A stretch of DNA of 63,227 bases, the filler included, from Choristocarpus tenellus KU-1152 (lineage: Eukaryota; Protista; Phaeophyceae): the NCBI GenBank assembly GCA_964200185.2. It is 11 parts of 11 records of this genome, joined end to end, with 100 filler letters (N's around TTAATTAATTAA, not from the genome) between each part and the next. Parts side by side here need not be neighbours in the genome. Positions count along the whole stretch, not along the records: positions 9,500 to 14,304 come from CAXNAD020012990.1; positions 14,405 to 17,844 come from CAXNAD020020006.1; positions 17,945 to 25,453 come from CAXNAD020006045.1; 8 more parts are not named here. One strand, written 5' to 3'. The notes beneath the pieces were generated by a model that worked only from the letters and a program-made list of their open reading frames with translations, had not been told where the DNA came from and ran no database searches. This document shows, piece by piece, positions 11,068 through 24,000 of the stretch; position 1 is the first letter of the stretch; each line of letters opens with the position of its first letter. Both the position numbers and the translations under genes were made by a program.

Positions 11068-14000
11068 ACCTTGTCCTCAGAAATACCAAAATGTGCTACC
11101 ACTTCTCATGACTATATGCGCAAAAAAATGTTTCCTGGTTCATATAGCTATCACCTGTTCAATTCTAGACAAATGTACCCTCATATGTATCACAGAGGGT
11201 CATAATATTATAATATGTGCTATGTGCCACACAGCGATACCTAACCTTCATATTACAGAGTTGTATGCAGGCGCTTTCAAACACTAGATTTAAAATACAC
11301 AAACGAGGGCGAGTTCTGAAGGCAACAATAAAAACAAAGCTCCTTCTGAATGCCAGCCTTTGAACCATGGCTGCGTACAAATGCAAGGATCTTACACACT
11401 CTCCCACATTATTCATGTATCTCACAACCCAAACAGAACAAGCAGTGTGCTCACGAACTTCCTCCATGCTCTTGACTCTCATGCGAGTATCATTACCCCC
11501 CTTCGGTCTTCATTTCAAAGTAGAGGATTATGAAGCTGGGTGGGTCCATAACAAGGTCACCACATGATGGCATTTAGTTGAAGGCAAGTAAGTGATGTGG
11601 AATTGATAATGAGTTCATGGAAGGAACACGAACGACTCTGCTACATTGACCATTCATTGCTATGGCTAATCTAGGATTGCAGAGACTAGGCACAATCAGG
11701 GTCGAAAAATACTAATGCTATCAACATTCATGTGTTTCAAACCATTAAAGGAAAAAGTTTTGTTGTTGTAACTGGACCTGTAAGTAGTGGATAGTCGAGG
11801 TATTCATACGGACCCACTCTGTCTTCCCAACAAAATTGTATTTTAATATCTGGTTCGGGTCCACCAGAGATTTAAGTACTTGGAAATATGTGTCTGACTG
11901 GACCTTCCAGCTTTGAGTGGTCCAAATCTTCTAGTCCCAGTCGGTTCGTCTGGTAACTACTACTATTCCACTATGGTAATTTATTAACTGTCATTTCCAC
12001 AATCTACAAGAACCACTCTTCCTTCGTTGTTTGTTCCTTAAATTGACCCTTTATCGGGTCAGAGTACAAAGGCAATGACAACCGCTGGCGACTTTCCGCC
12101 AGGTCTGTTGAATAGGGCAGCTGATCCTGCTCTTGCGGCAGGTGCGGACGAATCTTGGTGCTTTGCACTCCTCGGTGTGGAGTGCCCTACACGCCGCGAT
12201 TTCCTCTTCAACCTTTTCTTCACAGGAAATGGCATCTGGTTACTTCTACCGGCCAGCTTGGCTCTTCTACTGGCATACAGATTGTTTGGCCCCCCAGAGG
12301 TAGGATTTTGTCATAAACGTTTCAACCACGTTTTGATTTGGGGTTGGGGTTGGCTTGATAAGTTTTGATCAGGGGGTCGTGTTGGTGATGATTGGGTAAA
12401 ACCTGTTTTGAAAATACCACGACTTCAGGACATCTTACAGGGTAGGTACTGCCTGTTATTTCTGGGTATGTTGGCAAGGCATTGGCTCTTGGTTACGAAG
12501 TCCTTGGCGGTAAGTAATGGACCACAAGTGTAGGTTGCACCCTCCATTTTTCTTACGTGCTTTTGTGTATCCTTTCTTCCGTTTGTTGATCGGGTTGAGA
12601 CAAACAAAAATATGACTCAATTCTAGATCGCCACTCTGCGTTTATCACGACCTTGAGTGTTTGGGTGTGGTCGTGATGCACACATTGGTGCATGGTTTGC
12701 GACTTGGTAAGTGGGATGTACTTTGGCTTGAAGATTCCCTCCTTGAAACTCCAGTGGAGGTTCTGGTGGTGATACATGTCTTACGATATCTTCAGCTCTA
12801 TTCGAGAAGTTCCCCATGAATTTATGTGGCGCTGAGTGCCCGTTAGAGAGGGTGCGCTAGCACATGGCAGTGGGTGCTGCAAGCTTGTTACATTTGGTTC
12901 TGGTTTGCTCAGAGTTTGCGATATTAATTTAGGTCTTTGGGTCTAGTTAATCGACTCTAGATCTTACTCGATTGCTTTTCACTCCTGGACCTAAAACGAT
13001 TAGGAGTTGAAATTGTGGTGTGTGATTGATGCTGCAACACCTGCAGCAGGTTTGACAAACCATTTTTTTTTTTTCAATTGGAAACATTTTACTGATTTAA
13101 TTCCCAACCGCAGCAGAAACCCTACAAATCATTGCTAGCCACAATTCGATCCCTGGTCCTATCTCTACATAAACATGTTGGTGTTGGTACCTTTTCAGAT
13201 ACCGCAAGGGAAAAAAATCTCGAACCCACGAAAGACTTCATCGTGTCTGAACACCAACAACAAGCCCCACCCCAGTGCCCCGACCATCAGGTCCACGCCC
13301 AACAAAAACCTGCTACTTCTCTACACCATTGGATCCTGCTACTCTTCCAACCCTTTGCTTATCCCCCCCATGGCCCTACCATTCCCCCCACCCTACCGTT
13401 TGGCAATGCTCATCTCCCTACATAACTGTCCCCCTTTATGGAAATGCCTAAACCTAACCCTAACTCAGATTGACGAGCGGGAGGAGGAGCTGCGGCAGCT
13501 GTGGGCTGATCACAATCAGAGGTTTCAATCTGGGGCAAGGCGTTCCTCTCTTCGAGGTGTCATTCGGAGTTCTTACCTTCCCGAGCTGAGGGATGGGGAG
13601 GGCACCAGGGAAGGGACAAGCGCAGGTGAAGACCAAGCAGTCCAGGGGGAGGCGTTGCCCGCCAGGGGATGCCAGGGTGATGGCAGTAGTTACGATGATG
13701 GATATAATGAGGATTGCAGTGAGGTGGTGGCAGAGAGCGTCCCGCTCTTGCATCCATTGAGGTGAGCATGTGGTGGTCGCTTTGTACTCTTTTCCTGCAT
13801 CGATGTACCGCTTTGAGTAGAGCTCTTTTTTTTGTGGGGGGGGTGGGGGGGGATATAGACCGAGGAGTATTCGAGGAAATATTTTTTTTCAAGCTAGGGA
13901 ACTGGAGGTAGGCAGAGCTGTATGAGATTGTATCTTAGATTCTCAAGTCAGTTCATGTAAAGAGCTGTACGAGATTGTATCTCAGATTCTCAAGTCAGTG

Positions 14001-14404
14001 TAATTAACTGTATAAAAAGAAAATCATGGAGTGATGCAATGCAGTATCATAGTGTCGACTACATCGCATATCCTGTTTTTTTTTTTTATTGGTGTGTGAT
14101 GGTTGAAAAAAAAAAATGGGTTGGATGTGGGGCTTGTAAAACCCTAACCTAAAGACCCGAAGACATGTCTTGTTTACAATGCACTACTGACACCTTCCCC
14201 CCCCCCCGAACATAATTTTGTTGCATGGTATCTTTTCTTGTGTGTGTGTGTGTTTTTTTTTTGGGGGGGGGATCGGGAGAGCGTCGTGGGGGGGAAGGGG
14301 GTAGNNNNNNNNNNNNNNNNNNNNNNNNNNNNNNNNNNNNNNNNNNNNTTAATTAATTAANNNNNNNNNNNNNNNNNNNNNNNNNNNNNNNNNNNNNNNN
14401 NNNN

Positions 14405-14443
14405 CCCTCACAAACCACCCCCCCCCCCAAGATACTTTGACCC
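14405..14443 (-). mobile_element. Poly-G MITE (family 2) terminus
   Basis: CCCTCACAAACC...C-run...AGATACTTTGACCC is the reverse complement of the terminus at 5837. Confidence 0.6.
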
Positions 14444-15566
14444 ATATGCACCACTGGCTTCTACAGGTGCATTGTACACAATACAACATCACCATCTGAG
14501 ACATGGAAGCAGCTGAAGGAACATTTCCTCATTCACCCAGATGAGGAAATAGGACAACTACAGAAGAAGGTGATGACTACTAAAATGCCACGGGGTCCAA
14601 TCCCCAAATCACTTTTACTATGATGCTATGCTGGGTTGGCCGTGATGAGTGGGTACATGTTTCTTTGGCGTCTGTTGCACAATTCTCGAAGATAGTTTTC
14701 AATCTTCCCTCTTCACATTCTGCTGGTGAGGTTAAGGACAACCAATGTGCCAGGGAACTTCGACGGCTCAGCATTGGAGATGGTGACAACAACAACACCC
14801 TTCCTTACCAAAGATTTATGTTCGTTTGTGTGATGGATGTGGTATATGATCTGGAAAAGTTGTGCGCTTGGTGAAAGCTCTTTATGGCACCAAACAACCT
14901 AGCAGAGAGTTTAATAATTTGTTAGTGCACATTTTAGAACAGTGTGGTTTTGAACAATGCAGAGCAGATCCCTGTGTGTTACGGTATGTAAGAGATTGTG
15001 TTGTTTGTGCTGTGATAGCCCCCCGTAGGTGACCTTTTAGTACCTGGTATAAAAGACATTTTGATTTGAGTTCGCTCTATAATCAAGGAGCAGTTTTCTA
15101 TAGAACATTTTTATGATCTCGAGTACTACATGGGCTGTGAGATTTAACGTAATAGAATTGCACAGACTGTCAGCATCGGTCAAAGTAAGTACGTCAAGAC
15201 TATTTTGTCAAGGTTTTGGTATGGATGGGGCAAAGAAGAGGTCGCTTCTCCATGATCTCTCAAGACTTTGGACAAGAGTGAGGACCATCCAAGTGTTGAT
15301 GTAAGTACACCGTACAAAGAGGCAGTTGGTAGTTTGTTGCGGGCATCTGTTATGACTAGGCTAGACATTGCAAATGCTGTTCACGAAGTTGCCAAGTACA
15401 GTAGTAGTCCCAAAGTCACACATTGACGTGCAGTGAAGTGTATTTTAGCATATTTGAATACGTGTCCCAGTATTGGATTGGGTCTTGTGGTTTTGATACT
15501 GAGTGTAAGTTGAGTGCGTATGCAGATGGTAGTTATGCTGGAGAGTCAAAGTGTTTTAGAGGGTAG

Positions 15567-16318
15567 TGTTGAAATATTCCACACTGAACCCGCGGCTTTG
15601 GTGCTGTAATGAAGGACAATGAATAGCTTAATGTAGATATGCAATATTATTGTTACAAGAGGCTCATGGTCTCGATTCCGCTGACTGAATTAGTGGGGTG
15701 AAACAAGCCTTTATTATTATTCCTATAGTGTGGAGTTTTCAATCGTCCACACTATTTTACTATGAATCACTATTTCAACTTGTCTTCATATAGCAAGTGT
15801 GTCTTGAACATGACACAAATCACTGGACACTAGTGTGAATTGTGTGACTCTGTGGCGGTGTGGTTCACTCAGGCAAGGGTGGCGAAGAGAATCACCGAGC
15901 AAGACGGACCAGACGAACAAAAAGAACCGTAACCGAGGGTACGAGGTTAAGGTTGGACAAGTGCAAATCGAGGTGTGATGAGCATCTTCAGAGATGAGGC
16001 TTCATCGCCACAAGTCAAGACATGAGAACAAAGTGAATCTTTCGTATGTGACAACTCTGAATGACGAGTAGTCTCAAGTCCGTGGGATTGGTCTCGTGAA
16101 GATATTCCATTGTTTCATTCTGACGGAAGGTCCGCCAGTGGAATCATGGATGCTTGACGAGGAACCTCAATCAGTACAATGGTATATGACATACGGAAAT
16201 AACGGTATAACAACAGACAAACATGCTTTCCACACTAGTGAGTTAATACTAACTTTCCATCCTATTGCCTTATCCACCGGTGGTGTCTATAGTGTATCAG
16301 GAGCACTATCTACGAACA
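15567..16318. mobile_element. Probable solo LTR (family A) inserted in the MITE
   Basis: TGTTGAAA...GAACA termini. It splits the MITE exactly; flanks GGTAG/GCTAA look like a decayed 5-bp TSD. Confidence 0.55.
15834..16234 (-). mobile_element. Solo LTR (family B) inserted in LTR A
   Basis: TG...CA termini, perfect 4-bp TSD CTAG, and a reverse-complement homologue at 198-600. Confidence 0.85.
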
Positions 16319-16722
16319 GCTAAAGTCGCGTCCATTTGGAGACCAAAATCCAACGTTGCAATTATGATGTAATTTTGGCTATGGTGTTTGTTTGGAAATG
16401 TCAATATCCTTGTTCCAGACACACCTTTTTGTAACATATACATTTTGCTTCATCTAAGCCATTTCGGATTAGGAAAATTAAATAAAATAATCCGTGGGAA
16501 GACAAGCCCCAAACAGACAAACAGGGCAAAACTCGTACCCTCTAAGATACTTTCACTCTGGAGACTGGAATGATTGTAGATCAGTGACTGGAGGAGCAAT
16601 ATTGTTTGCAGGAGGGGCAATATCTTGGATGTCAAAGGTACAAAGAGTTGAAGCTCTGTCTTCCACGGAGAGTGAGTATATACCACTCAGCAGTGTGGCA
16701 CAGGAATTGCGTTTCTTGAGAA

Positions 16723-16980
16723 GAGTGAAGGTATCTTAGAGGGTACGAGTTTTGCCCTGTTTGTCCATTTGGGGCTAGGCTTCCATTGGGTTTTTTAATG
16801 ACATTTTCCTGCTCCAAAAAATTTCGAAGTAGGTAAAATGTATACGTTGTGGAAAGGTGTGTCAGAAGAAGGATATTGACACTTCATAACAAAGAAAATA
16901 GCCAAAATAACATCAAAATCGCAACATTGGATTTTGGCCCCCAAATGGACGCGGTTCTACCCTCTAAGATAATTGGTCTC
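16723..16980 (-). mobile_element. MITE family 1, full copy (reverse orientation) in the copia RNase H
   Basis: GAGTGAAGGTATCTTAGAGGGTA ... TACCCTCTAAGATAATTGGTCTC with TSD AGAA. Removal restores ELRFLRSVFEFI. Confidence 0.92.
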
Positions 16981-17622
16981 AGAAGTGTTTTTGAGTTTAT
17001 TCGGCCACAGTTTTGTAGGCGTTGCATTGACATGTTTGAGGATAACGATGGTGCATGCAAATCAGTACGAAATGCCACAAGCTCTACTAGAACAAAACAT
17101 ATTGATGTCCGACACCATTTTCTGAGGGACTTAGCTAGAAAGGAAAGATTCGTGTTGTTTTTGTTGGTACTGCAAACCAGAGGGCAACTGTATTAACAAA
17201 GAATTTGCCAGAACGAGTTTTTAGATAACTTGTGAATTTTTGAATAACATGTAAGGTAACACGTGTGTTGTATTTTTTTTTGGTGTGAATGTTTGAGAGT
17301 TAATACTTGTTTTTCAGCAAGGGGAGGATGTCGAATAACCTAGTGTTATCCTTACGTTGTCTGTGCTGAATCAAGTATATAACATAGGTTTCATGTACGT
17401 TTATCTTTAGTTCGGTACAATGCAAAGTAGCAGCGTGCATAATAGCGGTATAATGAGTCAGCATTCATTCATACGTCAGTGACGATGGATGACTGACGGA
17501 CAATTAATGTTAATGTTCAGTGTATGTTTACCATGTAACTCAACTACCAGCTTTGGGCGATGATCCTTACATGCGCCAAGATCTTCAACACATCATCGTC
17601 CATTGAGGAACACCATATGATT

Positions 17623-17801
17623 GGGTCAAAGTATCTTGGGAAGGGGGGGGGTCTACACCAGGGTGTCCATTCGGTCCCTGAAAGGAAGAAGTGAACTTAA
17701 ATTATCCGTCCGACGTTGGGAACCAAATCACCAAAAAATCGCGAAAGGGAAAAGTGGGCTCCAAATGGACAGCTGCCACCCCCCCCAGATACTCTTGAGC
17801 C
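17623..17801 (+). mobile_element. Poly-G MITE (family 2), full copy
   Basis: GGGTCAAAGTATCTTGGG...G-run ... C-run AGATACTCTTGAGCC. Flanks GATT/GCTT form a 4-bp TSD with one mismatch. Confidence 0.7.
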
Positions 17802-18052
17802 GCTTGACTTAAACTTTGAAGTAGGTCATGACGAGTGAGTATATNNNNNNNNNNNNNNNNNNNNNNNNNNNNNNNNNNNNNNNNNNNNTTAATTAATTAA
17901 NNNNNNNNNNNNNNNNNNNNNNNNNNNNNNNNNNNNNNNNNNNNCCCTCCGCATCTGCTATAATATTCCCCAAAGTCATTGTCACCCTTCAACCCACCAC
18001 TTTTCTCATTTTTACATCCTCTCTGAATGGCATTGAATCGTTGTGTCTACAG

Positions 18053-21000
18053 CAACCCTGATGGCTTCGAGGGGGAAGAAGTTTGCTCCTGCAAATTCTG
18101 CTCAGGCTGCCCCCCCCCTGGAAGCTAAAGAGTGCGCTGCTAAGGCGGAGGAATCTTTTAGTGCTGCACTGACTCACTACCGTTCCTCAGACAATGTTTA
18201 CTGCCAGGTGGGGGGGATAGTAATTGATTTTAAAGTTTAGTGATTGTTCTGTTGATATCGCAACACTCCTATGTGTATGTACTTGGATAGCTTTATTTGA
18301 ATTTAATTTATTAGTTCTGTAGTTTGTATCAAACCACATTGTTGACTTTTTTTTGGGGGGTGGGGGGGAGGAAGTGTATAAAATGTATTGATGTATTTAT
18401 GAATTAATGGTTGTGAAAAATGGTGACCATCTGTGTTATGGGTCATTGAATCTCTTAAAACAAGGAATCCTGTTAGAATATCTCAGTGGGGAGAAGTTGT
18501 GGGGCTGATGAGGCTTTCCTCAGTTGGGGTTGTACATAGTACTAACTCTGGTGTGGAGTTTGTTGGCTGAATTGATAGTACTATTTTTGTTATTAATATT
18601 ATAATTATTATTATATGTTGAGTGTATATTTTAGTGAATATTTCTTCAGTTCTCTTCTGTGGTGAAATGGAATGGTCTTTTTACTCAGTTATTACATTGT
18701 GTTACATTCCAGCAATTTTTAGAAGTAACAAGTACCATATTGTAGTACTAAATGGATTTAAGTATGCTAATAACAAATGTATTGCATAACAATGCATATA
18801 CTTCAATAATTGTATGAATGTGTGATGAAACAGTAGTGGTATGATACAAGGATAGTGCTCTATGATATAAGATGCTCAAATAATCGAAAAGAAAATGGCA
18901 TTTCTCTGTACCCTTTTTTAGGGTTAGAGATGAAAAACAATTCCAGGAAGAACACAAGTTGGACAATGCAACAACACTCAACGTTATGTTCTGCAAATGA
19001 CAACCAAGCCTAAAACATGCGCGACGTCCGTCTATTAGAGTTAGTGAGTCAGATAAACTTCATAACGACATCTCAGGACATTGTAGATGTATAAGTGGGG
19101 GATTAGCTCAAATGGTAGAGCGCTTCCTTAGCATGGAAGAAGTAGTGGGATCTATGCCCACATTCTCCAATTTTTTTCGTTCGCAGTTTTTTTACGATTT
19201 TTTTAAAGCAAAAGTGTGTGGTAGTGGTTTTGATCCTCACTGCTCCCGTAGATACATATATTTTATTGTTAATATTAGGGTACGATACTGTTTGTATTGT
19301 ACAGTGATAGTATACACTATTTATAGTAGTAATTTAATGCATAATCCAGTGATGTTCAACCATTTTCGAAATGTTACGGGGAATGAAGAAAGCGAACCAA
19401 AGCAACAACTGCCCAAATACAAAGAACTGCACTTGTGAAAAATTGAAGAGAAATATAGGTGGGGATAGGTGAGGTGGTCACAATCACCTCATACCAAAGA
19501 ACATCCTTGATTTTTTTCAAAGTAGCATGATTTGCAAGATGATCTGTACACAAATTATAGGTTGGATTGTGTTCCGTTCACCCTGATTGAGTTAATCAAG
19601 ATGATTGATTGGGATAATGTTTTCATTGTCAAAAGATTTCCTCTCTCAAAAGAGAACACACAATAGTGTTTTGGCTTAAGGTGACTGTGATCAGATCACC
19701 TTCAAATATGGGGACTCTCACAGACTTCACATGATGGGACTGAACCTCCCTGAATTGTGTTGACCTTTTTTTTTCTTAGTGAGAACATTCTTATTTTTAT
19801 TATTTATTAAAGTTTATTTTGAAAATGTCTGGCTTTATCTGGGCAGAAAAATTACTTTGATGGTCTGAATTTGGATGAAAGAGCAAGAAATATAGGTTGA
19901 ACATTAATAACATTAATATGACAGTGGAAAATTAAATGTAACATAGTGGTTAATATAGTGGTTAGGGTCAGAAGAGGACACCCACTACCTACGTGAGAAG
20001 GCTGTCATTTTTATTATTTTGACCATTTGACCCAAATACCTATTTAAGAGTACAAGCATGGAAGAAGTGGGCAGCGTGCTTCAATCAGCATCAAGGGCGT
20101 TAAAAACAGTACGGTTAGAAATTGTTGACTAATCAAAGACCGTCCTTCTCCTGCTTTGAAGAATGCATGAAGGAAATGAGCTATTGTATTGATATTAGTG
20201 TATTGATTGTATTGATATATGGAATGCAATTTGTTTTGTCGTTTTTTGTGAAAGTTGATTGCTTGCTGTTTGGGGAAGAGATAAAAGGATATGAAAAGGA
20301 ACATTGTGCTTAGATTGCGCACTACTTAGTTCAAGACTAGATAAAAAGGCATTTTTTCAAAAGATTTGTGCATTTGAATTAGTTCAAGACTGCTCTGAAG
20401 CTGTCATGCTGACACTTTTTGTCAAACCTGAAGTCTCTTTACCCTCCTCCTTCATCTGATCTATTTATGGACACTAATGGCTGATCCCTCTTGTACTGCT
20501 GATCTTGTTTCTCTTTTTTTTTGGCTGCCCTGTGTATTATGTATGTATTATGAATGTATGTAATATGTGCTGGGTGTTTCCGTTGTGAACTAACTATCCA
20601 CTGTATATGCCTTTGTGGTTGTTTTTGTGTATGGCAGGCAAAGTGTATGGCACGAATTGTGGAGATGCACCTATCCAGGGTATTTGCAGAAGTTGCTATT
20701 CGACAGGTTTGTGTGTGTATCTATATATGTATCTTATGTGTCTATCTCTCTCTCTCTCTCTATTGTGTTTTATAGGGACCATCAGTCTCTTGTGAGAGTA
20801 TCTGTATTAGTATCAGTGTGTTCCTGTGTGCAAGTGGAAAGGGATGAGGAAGGGGAAGGGGGATAAGTTTTGCTGTTGCAATGATTGGGAAAATTCAAGA
20901 CATATACTGAGGAAGCAATGTAGTGTATGTGGGTATGGGAACTCTTCTCCTCAATTGATGACTAAATTGATGACTCAATTGATGACATGCCCGAAAAGAA

Positions 21001-24000
21001 TATATACCAGCCTATATTGCAATAGTTGTAGATACAACCATTAAATACTTGCTGAGTGTAGAATCTTCTTTAGAAATTTCCTACCACAACTTTTTATCTA
21101 CACCGTTGTAGTACCTTTCAACAACTTGTCGCATTAAATTACACTTTTTTTTATCTCTTATGATGCCTCAGTACATGTAATAGTATATTTAATAGTATAC
21201 TTACACTTACTCAGTAATAGTACACGTAGTGTACACATAATAGACTTATTATTATTATTATTATCATTAATATTATTTATTTATATACATAGTCACTTAT
21301 GCATCCAACAGGTGCCCATTGCTGAGGCTGCATCTGGGCAGGGACTCGAGGCCCTAAAAGCAGCTGAGAGTAAGGCTCCTGGCTGTCTGGAGTTGGCAGG
21401 GGACATAGGTGATCCTTTACTCCTTATCCTGACTCTGCTCAATGCTGCTGAGGTGAATTGGCTTCAGGGAAGGTGAGTTGAAGAGTGGGGAGTGGGGGAG
21501 GTCGTGATTTGTGTTTGAGGGGGTTTTTGTGTTAGTTTGGAATTAATTAAGGCGGGAATATCTTTATTCATGTTTGATAGTTACTCTTCTATTTATTGTA
21601 AGGTTTGAATTCAGATATTTTAGTGCTACGATTGTAGTTGAATATCTTTTGTTTTTTTGTGTATATATCTCTGTGTGTTTTGGTTGGTGTTCTTGTAGAG
21701 ATTGGGCTGTATATTGTTTGGTTGCATTCATTGTTGTAAGTGGTTTCAAATGTTGGCGTTGGTGTTGAGGTTATTTGTTTGTTATGTGGTATGGGATGAT
21801 GATGAAGTGAAGAGATGTTTCATGTGTTATTGCAGTGCCTGGCTGTACCTATTTGGTTTTTTGAGTTGGACTATATTTTGTGAGAACATTTTGACCGAAC
21901 AAACAGTTTTGAAGGGGTAGCCTCTCTAATGACTCTCTCCAATGAATCTCTCAAAAGGCAACAACAACTAAAAAGTCTGTTCTAATGGTATTGAAAGTAT
22001 GTGTGGCCCACTAGGTGAAGGAATTGACCAATGCTTCAAAGGGCTAGCTAAATTTCAACATTGATATTGTAATGCCTGACTGTGGCAATTGATTTGATTT
22101 TGTTTTAGTATTGGTTAGAATTGTTCTGTTTTTAAGAAATTTAATAGTCTTCCTAGGTTTTCGGTTTGAGAAATGACTACCAGCTGTTGTGCTGGTAGTA
22201 AGTTTTGCTAAATGTAGCTGAGCGTTTAAGACTTGAAAAAAAATGCTGAACTGTGTTAACTGTGTTAACTGTGTACATTGGATAGAAGGTCGTGTGCATA
22301 CCGTCTTGGGTTAAACCATCATGTTTCAGCAATGAAAGTAATCACAATCACCTTGCAAACATTTGCAGCTTTTAACCTTGATCTCTCAATGTATTGCACG
22401 GAAGAACCAAGATACTAGTATGTAACTAATGTAAAGAACGCAATACATATACGTACATATTCAATTGTGTTGTCCAGAGTGCTCCAGTGCTACCAGGGAT
22501 GGAAGGAAGCTGCTGGAACTCTGAGTCTGATCCACCTCCAGCGACAAGAGCCGGAGAGATCTGTACGCCGATCTTGGGGTGAGAATAATCCTGCTCCACT
22601 CTCCTACAAAACCCCAGGTGAGTTTTCATTTGTGATTGTGGTGTGATTGGTTGAGTCCTTTTGATGGTCAGCCTATAATGTGTTTTGGTGGTGAGGTGTG
22701 TGTGTGGTGAGGGCAAAGGGGCTCTGTAACTATATCAGTCAGGGTTTTGTGAAGGGATGGATGAAAATGTAAGGATGAAGTAAGGATGGAGCGATGTCTA
22801 CCGCTGTGTTTACTTCCTTGCACAGGTGATCTAGGACGGGACCTATCTCCCATACGCCTGGAATATCTTGATTACATGTCTTGTTGGAGGTGTATTGTAT
22901 GAAATCTACGTAATGGTATACTTTGTACATGGCTTTTGGCGGTGGTGTACTTTGTTGATGAAAGGGAAAGAACACAAATATAAATCATACTGCAATAAAA
23001 TCATTAAACATTTATCATTAAAAATTAATAAAGTGGAATTTTTTTCGTTTGTTGAGTGTGTCTGTATGACCCAGTAGACTTGTTTATACACACATAGTTT
23101 TTTTATTAAACACTCTGGAATCAATGGCAGGCTCTGCTCCTGCAGTCTACACACACTCACCTCCAAGAACCACAGGGAGTTTGGGGTTAGGGGGTAGGGG
23201 CGATCCAGAATCAAGGCCAGGGGTAGATCATCTTCAGCGAGGAAATAGTCGGGCTTCGGTTGGGAGTAGGGATACGGGAGGGTTGAAGGCGCAAGGAACA
23301 CCTCTGAGGGCACCAGCACTTCCCACTGTTTGTCACCCACCGTCTGTAATGCTGAAGGTAGGGAAGAGATTGGGGAGGTTGAAGGATGAAGGAGGGTTTG
23401 AATTGAAGTTACATTGTGTTGTGTTGTTTATTGCTTACGACCTGTGATTGTATGGTTTAGTTGGTAAGGAATGGTGTCAGCAATGAGGTAAGGGACGGTT
23501 GTTAGAATGATATGAATTATGGCTCTTTGGTGGGAAACACCTGGCAGACGGTTGTAAATATCATGTTTCTGTCGTCTGTAAAATGGTGTGAGGTACACCT
23601 CAATGCCTACTGTATGATAATTCTTGCTAAGTCGTACTGTACCTCCAACCAAATTGGTACGTGATAATACACAATGGGGGATGTAGATATTTGGATGCAG
23701 ATATTTGGATGTATTTTTTTACATGCAGGAAACTTGTGCCATTGTGGTTCAGTATCAATGCAGTGGTGTACAGCACAGGAGAGTACAGTGAAAGTATAAT
23801 AGTGGAAAGTGCAACAAATGGTACAGCATCGTTCAGTACTTTAGAAAAGAAGGTAATTGAGTTGGAGATTTAGAAAAGGTGATTTTAAAACCCCAGTGTA
23901 AACCAACCTTGTACAAAACAGGTAGTGATACCCTTTTTGTGGTTATGTGCCTTTTGTTTGCTTATGTACCTTTTGTTTGTCCTCATCCCAATTGTTCTCG

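Larger units (their letters stand above)
15543..16558 (+). mobile_element. MITE family 1 copy inserted in the copia RNase H, itself split by a solo LTR
   Basis: Left end GAGTCAAAGTGTTTTAGAGGGTAG (15543-15566), resuming at ~16324 and ending CACTC at 16558. TSD TGGA on both sides; its removal restores the frame YAGDWND. Confidence 0.9.
14480..17400 (+). mobile_element. Degenerate Ty1/copia retrotransposon (RT-RNase H region plus start of 3' LTR), interrupted by nested insertions; outer boundaries approximate
   Basis: Motifs PYKEAVGSLL, TRLDIANAV, AYADGSYAG/DWNDCRSVTGG, WMSKVQRVEALSSTESEY, FEDNDGA and TRTKHIDVRHHFLRD. PPT AAGGGGAGGA is followed by TG at 17329. Confidence 0.9.

Noticed and set aside
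16494-16817. Repeated small peptides such as GQNSYPLRYFHS in several ORFs as a protein family
   Set aside because: These are chance translations of the MITE terminal sequence.
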